Position numbers and translations under genes: made by a program | Shown: piece after piece, positions 9,314-18,409 of the stretch | Layout of the letters: every line of letters starts with the position of its first letter | Position numbering within the stretch: position 1 is the stretch's first letter | Notes under the pieces: model-generated | What the model was told of the DNA's origin: nothing | The model's input: the letters and a program-made list of their open reading frames with translations, nothing else | The model's database searches: none | NCBI GenBank assembly: GCA_938041555.1 | Contig: CALIAC010000011.1 | Coordinates: 18,466-82,465 of the forward strand | Direction of reading: 5' to 3' | Length of the DNA: 64,000 nt | Source: an uncultured Candidatus Saccharibacteria bacterium | Lineage (GTDB): Bacteria > Patescibacteriota > Saccharimonadia > Saccharimonadales > Saccharimonadaceae

Positions 9314-11431
9314 CTACAATCCAATCATCGTCAGATTAATCTTGCCGCGCTCATCGATGCCGGTGATCTTCACCTGAACCGTCTGGCCTTCTTGCACGAC
9401 ATCTGTCACCTTGCCAACACGACCCTTGGCAAGCTTCGAGATATGCACCATCCCATCCACGCCAGGCAGAATGTTCACAAAGGCGCCAAAGTCCTTAATC
9501 GTCACCACGGTGCCGGTGTAGGTGCGGCCAACTTCGGGCTCTTCCACCAGGCTTTTGATCCAGGCCAGCGCCTTCTCGATCGCCTCGCCATTGGGGCTGG
9601 CAATGGTAATCAGACCGTCTTCTTTAATATCCACCTCGGCACCAGTTTCGCTAGTGATTTTATTGATGGTTTCGCCACCCTTGCCAATGACGGCGCCAAT
9701 TTTATCCGGGTTAATCTTGAGCTTTTCGATACGCGGCGCATAGGGGCTGAGTTCTTTACGTGGCGCTGGCAGCACACTCAGCATGTGCTCCAGGATATGG
9801 GCACGACCAGCCTTACTCTGCTCGAGCGCCTGGCGCAGCACCTGCACGGGCAAGCCATGCACCTTCATATCCATCTGCAGGGCGGTAATACCCTTGCTGG
9901 TACCCGTCACCTTAAAGTCCATGTCGCCAGCAAAGTCCTCGGCGTCGGCAATATCACTCAGCACGTAGGGCGTGTCGCCGTCCATCATCAGGCCCATGGC
10001 AATGCCGCTAACCGGGGCTTTGATGGGCACGCCAGCATCCATCAGGGCCAAGCAGCTGCTACACGTGGCCGCCATACTGGTAGAGCCGTTCTGGCTCATG
10101 ATTTCTGTGACGCTGCGGATGGCATAGGGGAACTCTTCTTCGCTCGGTAGCACTGCCGTAAGGGCACGCTCCGCCAGATACCCGTGGCCAATCTCACGCC
10201 GACCAGGGCTACCAAGGCGCTTCACCTCACCCACCGTATAGCCCGGGGCGTTGTAGTGGTGCATATAGCGGCGCTCGCCTTCTGTCACCTCCATGGTATC
10301 GACTAACTGTGCGTAACTCAGCGGTGCCAGCGTCACAATATTCATACCCTGCGTCACCCCGCGAGTAAACAGGCTGCTACCGTGGGTGCGTGGCAAAATA
10401 CCAACTTCGCTCGAGAGCGGACGGATTTCCGTGAGGGCGCGGCCATCGGGGCGAGTGCGCTCCTCCACAATGCCGCGGCGCACATCGTTGTGTAGTGCCA
10501 GCGTAAAGGCTTCGTCGTACTCATCACGTACCGCGGCGTATTCCTCGGCGTCAAGGCCGAGCTGCTCGGCCATGGCCTCGTGGAAGGCCCAGCGGATTTC
10601 ATTGACAACTTCATTGCGCTCGGGGTATGGGCGGCGGATTTTCTCGCCCAGTTTGCCATCAACCCACTGGTTAGCGACAGCTTGGATGTCTTCATTTGGC
10701 AAGACCAGCTCGTACTCCTGCGGCGCCGGTGCTACCTTGCTGGCAAGCTCCCGCTGCAGTGCGATCGCTGGCTGCATGGCTTGGTGCGCCCAGGCTATGG
10801 CATCGACGATCACCTCCTCGGGCACTTCTTTAGCGCCAGCTTCTACCATGGTAATGCCGCGCTCGATGCCGGCCACCACCAGGTCGAGGTCGGACTGCTC
10901 ACGCTCCTCTGGTGTCAGGAAGGCTTTAAACTCACCATTCACCCGGCCCACGCGCAGGCCCGCCACCGGCCCATCAAACGGCGTGCCCGTCAGCATCAGG
11001 GCGCTGCTGGCGGCAACCATCGCCACCATATCGGGGCGGAAGCTCGGGTCCATGCTGAGCACTGTAGCCACCACCTGCACTTCCTGGCGGTAGCCTTTCG
11101 GGAAGAGTGGGCGGATCGGCCGGTCGATCAGGCGGCCAATCAGCACCGCTTCGTCGCTGGGCCGGCCCTCGCGTTTAATAAAGCGGCTGCCGCTAATCTT
11201 GCCTGAGGCATAGAATTTCTCTTCGTAGTCGATGCTAAGCGGGAAGTAATCCAGCGTCACCGGGCGGGTGCCCACCTGGGCCGTCCCCAGCACCACCGTG
11301 TCGCCATAGCGCACCAGCACACTGGCCGTCGAGCGAAAGCCAACGCGGTTGACCTCCAGGGTGAGGGGGCGACCGCATAGCTCGGTCGTCACAGCAAAGA
11401 CATCTTTGCCGCTTGGGTTAATAATACTCAT
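9314..11431 (-). CDS. pnp: polyribonucleotide nucleotidyltransferase (PNPase)
   Basis: Start trimmed to ATG 11431 (MSIINPSGKDVFAV...). It has two RNase PH-like domains, a KH domain (GKGGETINKI) and an S1 domain (GTVVTIKDFGAFVNILPGVDGMVHISKL). Confidence 0.95.
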   Translation of the reverse strand: MSIINPSGKDVFAVTTELCGRPLTLEVNRVGFRSTASVLVRYGDTVVLGTAQVGTRPVTLDYFPLSIDYEEKFYASGKISGSRFIKREGRPSDEAVLIGRLIDRPIRPLFPKGYRQEVQVVATVLSMDPSFRPDMVAMVAASSALMLTGTPFDGPVAGLRVGRVNGEFKAFLTPEEREQSDLDLVVAGIERGITMVEAGAKEVPEEVIVDAIAWAHQAMQPAIALQRELASKVAPAPQEYELVLPNEDIQAVANQWVDGKLGEKIRRPYPERNEVVNEIRWAFHEAMAEQLGLDAEEYAAVRDEYDEAFTLALHNDVRRGIVEERTRPDGRALTEIRPLSSEVGILPRTHGSSLFTRGVTQGMNIVTLAPLSYAQLVDTMEVTEGERRYMHHYNAPGYTVGEVKRLGSPGRREIGHGYLAERALTAVLPSEEEFPYAIRSVTEIMSQNGSTSMAATCSSCLALMDAGVPIKAPVSGIAMGLMMDGDTPYVLSDIADAEDFAGDMDFKVTGTSKGITALQMDMKVHGLPVQVLRQALEQSKAGRAHILEHMLSVLPAPRKELSPYAPRIEKLKINPDKIGAVIGKGGETINKITSETGAEVDIKEDGLITIASPNGEAIEKALAWIKSLVEEPEVGRTYTGTVVTIKDFGAFVNILPGVDGMVHISKLAKGRVGKVTDVVQEGQTVQVKITGIDERGKINLTMIGL

Positions 11432-11591
11432 ATAGAGCTCCTTTCTTGCGGCAAGTAACAGGGGTGAATGCTCGCATCCGTCACTTCCATGCAAGCCCTC
11501 AACGCTATCACTGCCGCGTTAATATACTCCCCTTAGTATACCGCATTTTGGGATATACTGGTAGTGCTTCGTGCATTCGCAGCCTGGGAGT

Positions 11592-11873
11592 TTATACCTC
11601 ACCTTGGCTATCACGGCCAATCACCAGGCGCATTGTATTATCACCTTCATATGTAGTCTGCGAACCCTTGATAGAGAGAATATCTTCACTGCCTTTGATC
11701 GCTGCGCTCCCCACAAACCGCACATACGTTGCGCTCAGCCATTCGACACTGCGTGGCATAACAATAATTTCCTCGCCTTGATCCCCTATGACGGCGAACG
11801 AGACGCCATCCTCCACCTCTTGTGGTTGGTCATAGATCATATACTCACTACGTTGAGAGAGTCCTTTCTCCAA
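11592..11873 (-). CDS. small hypothetical protein
   Basis: 93-aa ORF. The listed start is TTG, with an alternative ATG at 11840. No SD and no domain, so coding status is uncertain. Confidence 0.3.
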   Translation of the reverse strand: MEKGLSQRSEYMIYDQPQEVEDGVSFAVIGDQGEEIIVMPRSVEWLSATYVRFVGSAAIKGSEDILSIKGSQTTYEGDNTMRLVIGRDSQGEV

Positions 11874-12141
11874 AACAGCTTTATATTAGCAAGTTATCCC
11901 ATATTCGTCAATCAGCCCCTCGCCATAAGTATGCACAGCATAGTCCCGTCACCTCTGTCCGTCGCCCCTCTTCCCCATTACTCTATTCGGGTGGTGTGCA
12001 GCGACTAGTCGTAACAATAGTCGCCAGCCTTGATACAAGAGACCAGATAATCAGCTAAGGCCTGCTCTTACAACACCAAGAGAAATAGTGAGAGTATAAA
12101 ATATGTGAGAATTGGTGGCATGCGCGACACACTTTTGTCGC

Positions 12142-13431
12142 TTAAATCATTGTGTTGTCATATCGGCTGCGGTTCTTCGCGTGGCGGCGCTTGCGGCCGA
12201 CGAACCACCACCAGGCACCACCGCCACCCGCTGCAGCGAGAACTACTGCCACAGCGATAAGAATGATGATCGTCCAATTGGGCCCTGCCTCTTGCTTGCG
12301 CACAGTGGGCTGCTGGCGCTTTTTGCTTGGCTGTGGCTTTTTCTTGTCCTTCTTTTCATCCTTTTTCTTGTCTTTGTCGTCTTTTTTCTTCTCCTCAGGC
12401 TTGGGAGCGGGCTTTGGCGCTGGTGCAGGTGTTGGCGCGGGCTGAGCCGTTACTTTCAGGCTAAAGGTGTCGGCGCAATCAGCCGTGAGCGGCGTGGCTG
12501 CACCCACTGGCACATTACCGCGCTGGATACTCCCCAGGCCGGCCAAGCCACCCAGCAAGGTAGATGAATCATTATACGGGTTGATATTTGGGTCTGCCTC
12601 CTCGGCTGGTGTGGTCGGGCCACGATCGGAGGTCGTATACACCCAGCCAGCATTGCGCTCGCGGGCCTTGGCTACCACCTGAGCCTGCTGCTCGTTGCTG
12701 CCCACACTGTGGATGACGTGCCACATTTTGTAGGCGTTGGCTGGGTTTTTCTCGAAGTTGGTGGCCGTTGGGTGAGTTAGGTCGTAGTAGCTATCACTCA
12801 GGTAGCGCGCTGCCGAGGTCTCGGCATTCAAGAATACATCGCCATAAGGCATGACGGACTCACCGAGGAAGCGTGTACCCGCATTGTGAATGACGATGGA
12901 GCCAGGGTGCTTGACCTTGACGTAGTTGTAGAGGTTGGCCAGGTAGCAGGTCTTTTGGCCACTACTGTGGTTGTCGGCTTCGTCGAAGAAGATTCCCTTC
13001 ACATTGGGGTAGAGCGCATACCAGCGGTCGATCTCTGCTGCCACCTCAGCAATATTGCGCGTCTGGCGGCCATGCTTGACGTAGCCAATGTATTTGACAC
13101 CAAGCGAATCGAGCCGGGCCAGGGCCTTTACATAATCACTACTAACCGTTGTACCTGGCCCGCTCGAGGGGTTAACCACCGCAAAGGGCATCTTGCTCGA
13201 GACATTAGCCATATCATTCCAATACTGGTTGTTGCCACCCTGCATGGGGTAGCTATAGGCTGGCATCATGATGGACTGCTGCGGCGCCAGAGCACTCACC
13301 TGCGGCGCAAGCAACTGCCCCAGCACCACCACAGCGGCCACAAACACCAGCACAGCCCGCCGTACCTGCTGCATACTCCACCGCATCGCCACACCCGTGG
13401 ACGCCCGTGCTGCGTCTGTCACATCCTGCAT
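12142..13431 (-). CDS. spherulation-specific family 4 (Sph3/GH135-like) putative glycoside hydrolase, secreted, with C-terminal membrane anchor
   Basis: It carries 'MPAYSYP..YWNDM...MPFAVVNPSSGPG...YV..L...GVKYIGYV...EIDRWYALYPNVKGIFFDEA', the pattern I associate with spherulin-4 family proteins. An N-terminal signal-like helix is present (VLVFVAAVVVLGQLLAPQVSA). The C-terminus has a PT-rich linker, a K/D-rich block, a TM helix and a WWW-RKRR tail. Start is uncertain (ATG 13431, 13386 or 13374). Confidence 0.6.
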   Translation of the reverse strand: MQDVTDAARASTGVAMRWSMQQVRRAVLVFVAAVVVLGQLLAPQVSALAPQQSIMMPAYSYPMQGGNNQYWNDMANVSSKMPFAVVNPSSGPGTTVSSDYVKALARLDSLGVKYIGYVKHGRQTRNIAEVAAEIDRWYALYPNVKGIFFDEADNHSSGQKTCYLANLYNYVKVKHPGSIVIHNAGTRFLGESVMPYGDVFLNAETSAARYLSDSYYDLTHPTATNFEKNPANAYKMWHVIHSVGSNEQQAQVVAKARERNAGWVYTTSDRGPTTPAEEADPNINPYNDSSTLLGGLAGLGSIQRGNVPVGAATPLTADCADTFSLKVTAQPAPTPAPAPKPAPKPEEKKKDDKDKKKDEKKDKKKPQPSKKRQQPTVRKQEAGPNWTIIILIAVAVVLAAAGGGGAWWWFVGRKRRHAKNRSRYDNTMI

Positions 13432-13603
13432 AGTCACTCTCTATGATAGCATCTTTGTGCACAAATGGGTATTATGTTGTGTATGTCACAATGTTTTTGC
13501 GTGAACTTCCCTGTTGTGGCACGTTAATTGCAAACTCAGTGGTATCAGTCTATTATCTCCATTACTTCATCCATATTAACTATAGAATGGAAGAATGAAG
13601 TGA

Positions 13604-14899
13604 TTACGCTTGCACAATACGGCGAAAGTAGTCGTGCACAGCGGGTTGGCTCGCTTCGGGCACGTTGGCCATATATTCAGCGCCAAAGACCGTTGCAGCT
13701 GTGTCTCGGTCGAAGCAAAAGCCCGTCAGCCTAAGCGGAGCATACCCATCGCCAAACTGCCCCCACACCGTACCGGGCGGGAATTCTACACCGCAGTACC
13801 GTACTGCGTCGGCGGCAAGGAACGTATGCGCCCCATGTGTTTTGCTGATAAAGCGCTTGTTAGCAATAGCCGTCTCGCCTATCGCTGGTTGAGTCCTCAT
13901 CCTATATGCCTGAGCAAAGTACGCCTCTACGTCTTTGCAGCCGCCCTCACGGAGGCGCACTGCTTCGGTCGGCATAGGCAGATCGCTGGTGCGGTCGGTG
14001 CCACGAGTGGCAATTTGGCTCAGTAAGGCAACCAAGACATCCGCCGCTGGCTCACCAGTTGGCTGGAGCACTGCATGATGTTCGTCTTCCGCCACAAGGT
14101 GGCCCGTTTGGTCAGCCGCCATCTTGATAATCTCGCGAGACATCCAGGCATAAGCATTGCCATAACGGCTATCCCGCTCGGTAACGAGCTCCCACTCAGC
14201 AGCATCCGCAAGCCGCACACCACCAGCATCACAGGCATCCAACAGCGCTCGCGCTGATGCGGTGTGGAGATACAGATGTTCGTCTGTATCATTTTGCTCT
14301 TCGTAGCGGGCAAGCAGTGCCGTCCCATAGCATTGTAATGCACTATTGCCACCATCTTGCTGAACTCTACGCATCAAGACGCGGTCAATGTAGATACTTG
14401 GGTCAAATACACCGATGGAGATCGTTGGGTTGCCAGCGTGCAGATGTTTAATACCACTTGTAATCTGGTACGCCACCTCTTGCATGCGCCGCATAGCTGG
14501 CGACTGCTGGTATGCATCTGCTACAGCCTGGCAAAATTCATCATTAGTCAGCCCATCATCCCGCCTTCGGCATAATGTGACGGTTCGCTGCTCGAGAATA
14601 CGCGCCTTATCTATCGTCTCATCCACTGCAACGACTGCGCCATTTAGCAGTGGCACTACCTCCTCAGGTATCATATCTGCCGGGCTGCCATCCATCAAAT
14701 CTTTTGCAGTATTCTTACCTGCTGCTATCGTCTCCAAATCTTGTGCAAACCTCTTTGTCTCGCGCGCTGCTTTATCAACAACAAACTGCCGACGTTTTTG
14801 CTCAAGCCGATCAGCCGTACATAGCGGCTCTCTCGCTCTTTCGTGTGAGAAAGACACTGGCGAAGTTGTTTCAGCTGGCGGTTGTTTTTCTTGACTCAT
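13604..14899 (-). CDS. hypothetical protein (431 aa, soluble, no recognised domain)
   Basis: Long ORF. Start trimmed to ATG 14899 so that it does not overlap the GNAT gene. Confidence 0.5.
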   Translation of the reverse strand: MSQEKQPPAETTSPVSFSHERAREPLCTADRLEQKRRQFVVDKAARETKRFAQDLETIAAGKNTAKDLMDGSPADMIPEEVVPLLNGAVVAVDETIDKARILEQRTVTLCRRRDDGLTNDEFCQAVADAYQQSPAMRRMQEVAYQITSGIKHLHAGNPTISIGVFDPSIYIDRVLMRRVQQDGGNSALQCYGTALLARYEEQNDTDEHLYLHTASARALLDACDAGGVRLADAAEWELVTERDSRYGNAYAWMSREIIKMAADQTGHLVAEDEHHAVLQPTGEPAADVLVALLSQIATRGTDRTSDLPMPTEAVRLREGGCKDVEAYFAQAYRMRTQPAIGETAIANKRFISKTHGAHTFLAADAVRYCGVEFPPGTVWGQFGDGYAPLRLTGFCFDRDTAATVFGAEYMANVPEASQPAVHDYFRRIVQA

Positions 14900-14946
14900 T
14901 GTTGCATGATAGCGTATAGTGGTTAGTTTTGTAAAGCGTTGCACTA

Positions 14947-15615
14947 CTACAGCAACACCACCCGCTCGCGCGCCCACTCTAATGCGGCGAGGCTGCGCTG
15001 GCGCGCTGCTATGTGCTCGGGCGAGGGTTGGTCGCTCCCCCACCACTGTTTCCAAGCCCAATCGATGGGATTAAGACATTCAAGGTGATCGGTATGGTGC
15101 AGCTTACCATTGATAAAGCTGTCGTTGCGCTGGGTGTAGAGATGAGTATAGCCACACCGCTGGAGGGCGCGCAGGCTCGCAATGTTGCCCTGCACCACGG
15201 CCGATTTGATGCAGTGCAGCCCCAGATTTTCAAAGGCGTACCACGTACGAGCATGGTGGCTAGCACTAGCAACACCCTTGCCCCAGTAATGTTTATCCAC
15301 AATAATAATGCCACTTGTGGCAGTGTGGACGTGCTTTCTCGTAATATTCACCAGTGATGTACCACCAATCAGCCGCCGCGTTTCGCTATCCTTGGCCCAG
15401 ATACCCCAGACGATACTTTCTTTGTCTGCGATTGTCTTGTCGTACCATGCTTGCTCGGTCTCGAGCGTCTGCGCCCGGTGCTCGGCAAAATACTGCGTGA
15501 CCGTCCCGTGCGCAAACCCGTCCACAAATGGCCTCAGCTCATCCCGCGCAAACGGCGCAAGCTCCAGCTCGAGCCCCCGCTTTGTCGTGACTGTCATCAT
15601 TGGGCCAAATGCCAT
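14947..15615 (-). CDS. GNAT-family N-acetyltransferase (RimJ/RimL-like)
   Basis: Start at ATG 15615 with SD AAGGAG 7 nt upstream. The core 'IIIVDKHYWGKGVASASHHARTWYAFENLGLHCIKSAVVQGNIASLRALQRCGY' is an acetyl-CoA-binding GNAT fold. Confidence 0.75.
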   Translation of the reverse strand: MAFGPMMTVTTKRGLELELAPFARDELRPFVDGFAHGTVTQYFAEHRAQTLETEQAWYDKTIADKESIVWGIWAKDSETRRLIGGTSLVNITRKHVHTATSGIIIVDKHYWGKGVASASHHARTWYAFENLGLHCIKSAVVQGNIASLRALQRCGYTHLYTQRNDSFINGKLHHTDHLECLNPIDWAWKQWWGSDQPSPEHIAARQRSLAALEWARERVVLL

Positions 15616-15701
15616 AGTGTGCTCCTTTCGTGGTGTTTTTTCTAGTATAACATTGGTGGGAGAATAATACACAAGGCGAAGAGCCGCCCTCATCAGATAC
15701 C

Positions 15702-16406
15702 CTAAGGGCGAGAGAATAATGTGCTCATCACGCGCTTAACTCCACCACGGATAACGTCAAGCATCGTAGGTGCGGTATTCTTCTTGGAGCGCTCGACAAG
15801 TCTCTTGACGACGTCTATATCCTCTACCTGGGCATGCTTACCAAGGTCATTGCTTGGCTTTGTTTGCGTCTGCTGTGTATATCGCACAGCAAGTCCATCT
15901 GGGTCAATCACATACTGCGCCCCGCCAAGATCTACCTGATGAACAAATCCTTCACCACCATAGCCACGAATACTGATGCCATTCATAATACATTGAATGA
16001 TCGCACCTTTTTCCTTTTGTTGTACTTGCCCATTCTGTGTTGTCATATGCTCATACAGCTCTACAAGCACATGTGTCGAGCCATCAAAGGTCTCGAGGGG
16101 CTGGAGTGTACCCTCATGCTGCTCGCGATATTGCGCTTGCACTGCATCCGCCGCCTTGAGCAGCTCGCGCGTCTGTGGCGAATCTGCTACGTCGGCAATC
16201 TTTTCGATATCGTCAAGCGTCAGATCACTATACTTTATGTATCGTTGCTGTAGGCCCGGATCTTCACTGAACAGTGGCACACCCTCAAGGTGCTGATCAA
16301 TAAAAGCGTCAAAATCAGCCACCGCCTTCTCATACTCGGTCCGACCTAGCATAGCTTCGAGAGTAGAAATGCCATGGCTGCTTGCCCCATGCCCTGCTTC
16401 ATACAT
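15702..16406 (-). CDS. hypothetical protein (234 aa, acidic, soluble)
   Basis: ATG with SD AAGGAG 8 nt upstream. It lies directly after the rpsO terminator. No domain recognised. Confidence 0.55.
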   Translation of the reverse strand: MYEAGHGASSHGISTLEAMLGRTEYEKAVADFDAFIDQHLEGVPLFSEDPGLQQRYIKYSDLTLDDIEKIADVADSPQTRELLKAADAVQAQYREQHEGTLQPLETFDGSTHVLVELYEHMTTQNGQVQQKEKGAIIQCIMNGISIRGYGGEGFVHQVDLGGAQYVIDPDGLAVRYTQQTQTKPSNDLGKHAQVEDIDVVKRLVERSKKNTAPTMLDVIRGGVKRVMSTLFSRP

Positions 16407-16494
16407 ACTACAACTCCTTTTTTATTTATGGTGTGGTATATTATGTTACGATACATTCTGGGTTAATATTTGTCAATCACGGCACTATGAATCT

Positions 16495-16521
16495 TAAAAA
16501 CCTCCCCAGTAAGTGGGGAGG
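16495..16521 (-). terminator. rho-independent terminator after rpsO
   Basis: Stem CCTCCCCA/TGGGGAGG with a 5-nt loop, then TTTTT on the minus strand. Confidence 0.7.
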
Positions 16522-16542
16522 TCTATTTCTCGTGGCGGGCGC

Positions 16543-16809
16543 TTATTTGCGCAGGCCGAGGGTTTCGAGCGTTGCTTTGTAGGCATCAAAGTTGGTCCGC
16601 TCAAGGTAGCGGAGCAGCCGCTTGCGCCGGCCGACCATTTGCTTGAGGCCACGACGAGCCATGTTGTCGTGCTTGTTGGACTTAAGGTGTTCGGTCACCT
16701 CTTTGATACGAGCCGTCAAGATAGACACCTGCGCCTGTGGGCTGCCGACGTCATTCTTGCTGACCTGAGTCAAAGCAATCGCTTTCGCTTTGTTATCCTT
16801 AGTAATCAT
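16543..16809 (-). CDS. rpsO: 30S ribosomal protein S15
   Basis: 88 aa. 'GSPQAQVSILTARIKEVTEHLKSNKHDNMARRGLKQMVGRRKRLLRYL' is canonical S15. Confidence 0.95.
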   Translation of the reverse strand: MITKDNKAKAIALTQVSKNDVGSPQAQVSILTARIKEVTEHLKSNKHDNMARRGLKQMVGRRKRLLRYLERTNFDAYKATLETLGLRK

Positions 16810-16862
16810 ACTGGTGTATTGTAGCAGGAGGGCGGCGCGGTGTCAATGTAGACATGTAGACG

Positions 16863-17627
16863 CTAGCGACAAAGCGCCTGGTGTGCCTGATCAATCGAAG
16901 CAACCTGCGCGGCAGCATCTTCTCCTATATAACCAAGCTGCGAAAGTTTCTGCATAAACTGCTTCTCGTCATCCTCTTTCACCAAGCGCCGTGCATGATT
17001 ATACGTTTCAAAGAAAGCCATCTTCACCGCTGGATGCTCTTGAGCAAGTGACCTCAGTTCTTTTCGTGCATCATCTGTCATCGTTAGATGCTTCTTAAAT
17101 AACGTGCTATACAATCCTCGGACGAGCTCAACCTCGGGAAACACTGCTCCAGCACGAAGCAATGCTGGCGTCGTTCCATGGTACACATCTACAAAGCCGA
17201 TGCTCTCTATATCTTCTTCCGACTTCAGTGTTGCTACATCAACCGTTGAAGCACGCAAACGAGCACGAAAGTTGTTTGGGTCTTCTGTATTACGCAACCC
17301 ATGCTGGCGAAGAAATGCCTCCCAAAATTCGTCCTCGTCCTTATATGGTGAAGTGCGATCCACTGTACTATCCGCTGCTGGCCACCCCCAGTGTGCATTC
17401 ACTTCGTCTATTGCCACTTCGTCTGCACCTGGGCGCTGCTTAGCCTCCGCGAGCGTAAGTGGTTGCATACTACTTACCAGAGGCTCGTGACCCTGTAGCT
17501 GCTCGTCGATTGCTACAGCAATAGCTCGCAGCTCTTTACCGAGTCGTTCTTGCTCGGCTGCTAGTTGCTCAGGCGTCATACCGCCAATTATTCCTACCTT
17601 GTCTGGATTTATCTCGTTATTTGCCAT
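16863..17627 (-). CDS. hypothetical protein (254 aa, soluble)
   Basis: ATG start and a long ORF. No confident domain (see finding on the weak H-G-T / G-L-Y / E motif). Confidence 0.5.
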   Translation of the reverse strand: MANNEINPDKVGIIGGMTPEQLAAEQERLGKELRAIAVAIDEQLQGHEPLVSSMQPLTLAEAKQRPGADEVAIDEVNAHWGWPAADSTVDRTSPYKDEDEFWEAFLRQHGLRNTEDPNNFRARLRASTVDVATLKSEEDIESIGFVDVYHGTTPALLRAGAVFPEVELVRGLYSTLFKKHLTMTDDARKELRSLAQEHPAVKMAFFETYNHARRLVKEDDEKQFMQKLSQLGYIGEDAAAQVASIDQAHQALCR

Positions 17628-17675
17628 ATATCAAGTATGACAGTAGTAGGACTATGAGTCAAATCGAGGGGTTCG

Positions 17676-18374
17676 TTACCACCCCACCCGCACGCCATAC
17701 TGTGCCGTCTGCCCCGGTACCAGCACTGTGGCATGAGCTGGGTCATCAGCGAAGGAGTTGCCGCTGTGTGTTGGCTCAATGCAGAGGTACGGGCCCAACT
17801 CATCCGTCCAAACCGCCCAGCGAGGTAGCCCCTCACTCTGCAGCGTGATGGTGCGCAGGCCCGTCGCGAGCTGGCGCGTAGGCCCATCAACAAAGATCGT
17901 CTCCGCGAGCGGCGTAAGGTCAGCTAATGGCTGGCCATCCAGTACTGGCACACCATCATACGCAAAATACGGGTGGAAGGCTGGTGCCATAAGGAGTTCA
18001 TCCTCGCCAACATTCACCAGGGTGAGCTGCATTGCAAGCTGGTGCTCCGCCACTGTATATACCAAGCGAGACTCCAGCCAAGCATAAGCATCACTCCCCT
18101 GCAGCATAAGCTCCACTCGGTCGCTGGTGTGCTCCACCACCTGCCACTGGCTGGTGCGGCCAAAGCCATGCTGCGCCAAGCCACTCGCTCCGCCCGGACC
18201 AAAGTTGGGTAAGCAGACATGGCAGCCACCGCGCGTCTTACACTCGCCATCAGGAGCGGTGAGCTGCTGCAGTGGGTAGAATACATCCCCATACTCATCA
18301 GTCAGGCTGGTGATATACGCACCATCTGTCGTAATAGTTGCGGTGGTCGTGCCAGTGTGTAGCGTGATGTTCAT
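17676..18374 (-). CDS. aldose 1-epimerase family protein (hexose-6-phosphate mutarotase-like)
   Basis: 232 aa. 'RGGCHVCLPNFGP...HGFGR...FHPYF' resembles the 'RGGIPxCFPxFG...HGFxR' motifs of the YeaD/galactose-mutarotase-like fold. SD is GAGGAA. Confidence 0.65.
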   Translation of the reverse strand: MNITLHTGTTTATITTDGAYITSLTDEYGDVFYPLQQLTAPDGECKTRGGCHVCLPNFGPGGASGLAQHGFGRTSQWQVVEHTSDRVELMLQGSDAYAWLESRLVYTVAEHQLAMQLTLVNVGEDELLMAPAFHPYFAYDGVPVLDGQPLADLTPLAETIFVDGPTRQLATGLRTITLQSEGLPRWAVWTDELGPYLCIEPTHSGNSFADDPAHATVLVPGQTAQYGVRVGW

Positions 18375-18409
18375 CGGTATTCCTCGCTTCTTTATTTTAT
18401 TGTGTATGG

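Noticed and set aside
9392-11206. Several 200-250-aa plus-strand ORFs (9392-10150, 10386-11093, 10580-11206)
   Set aside because: All are antisense to pnp or in an alternative frame. Their composition is skewed (R/A/S/H-rich), they lack SD sites, and pnp fully explains the region.
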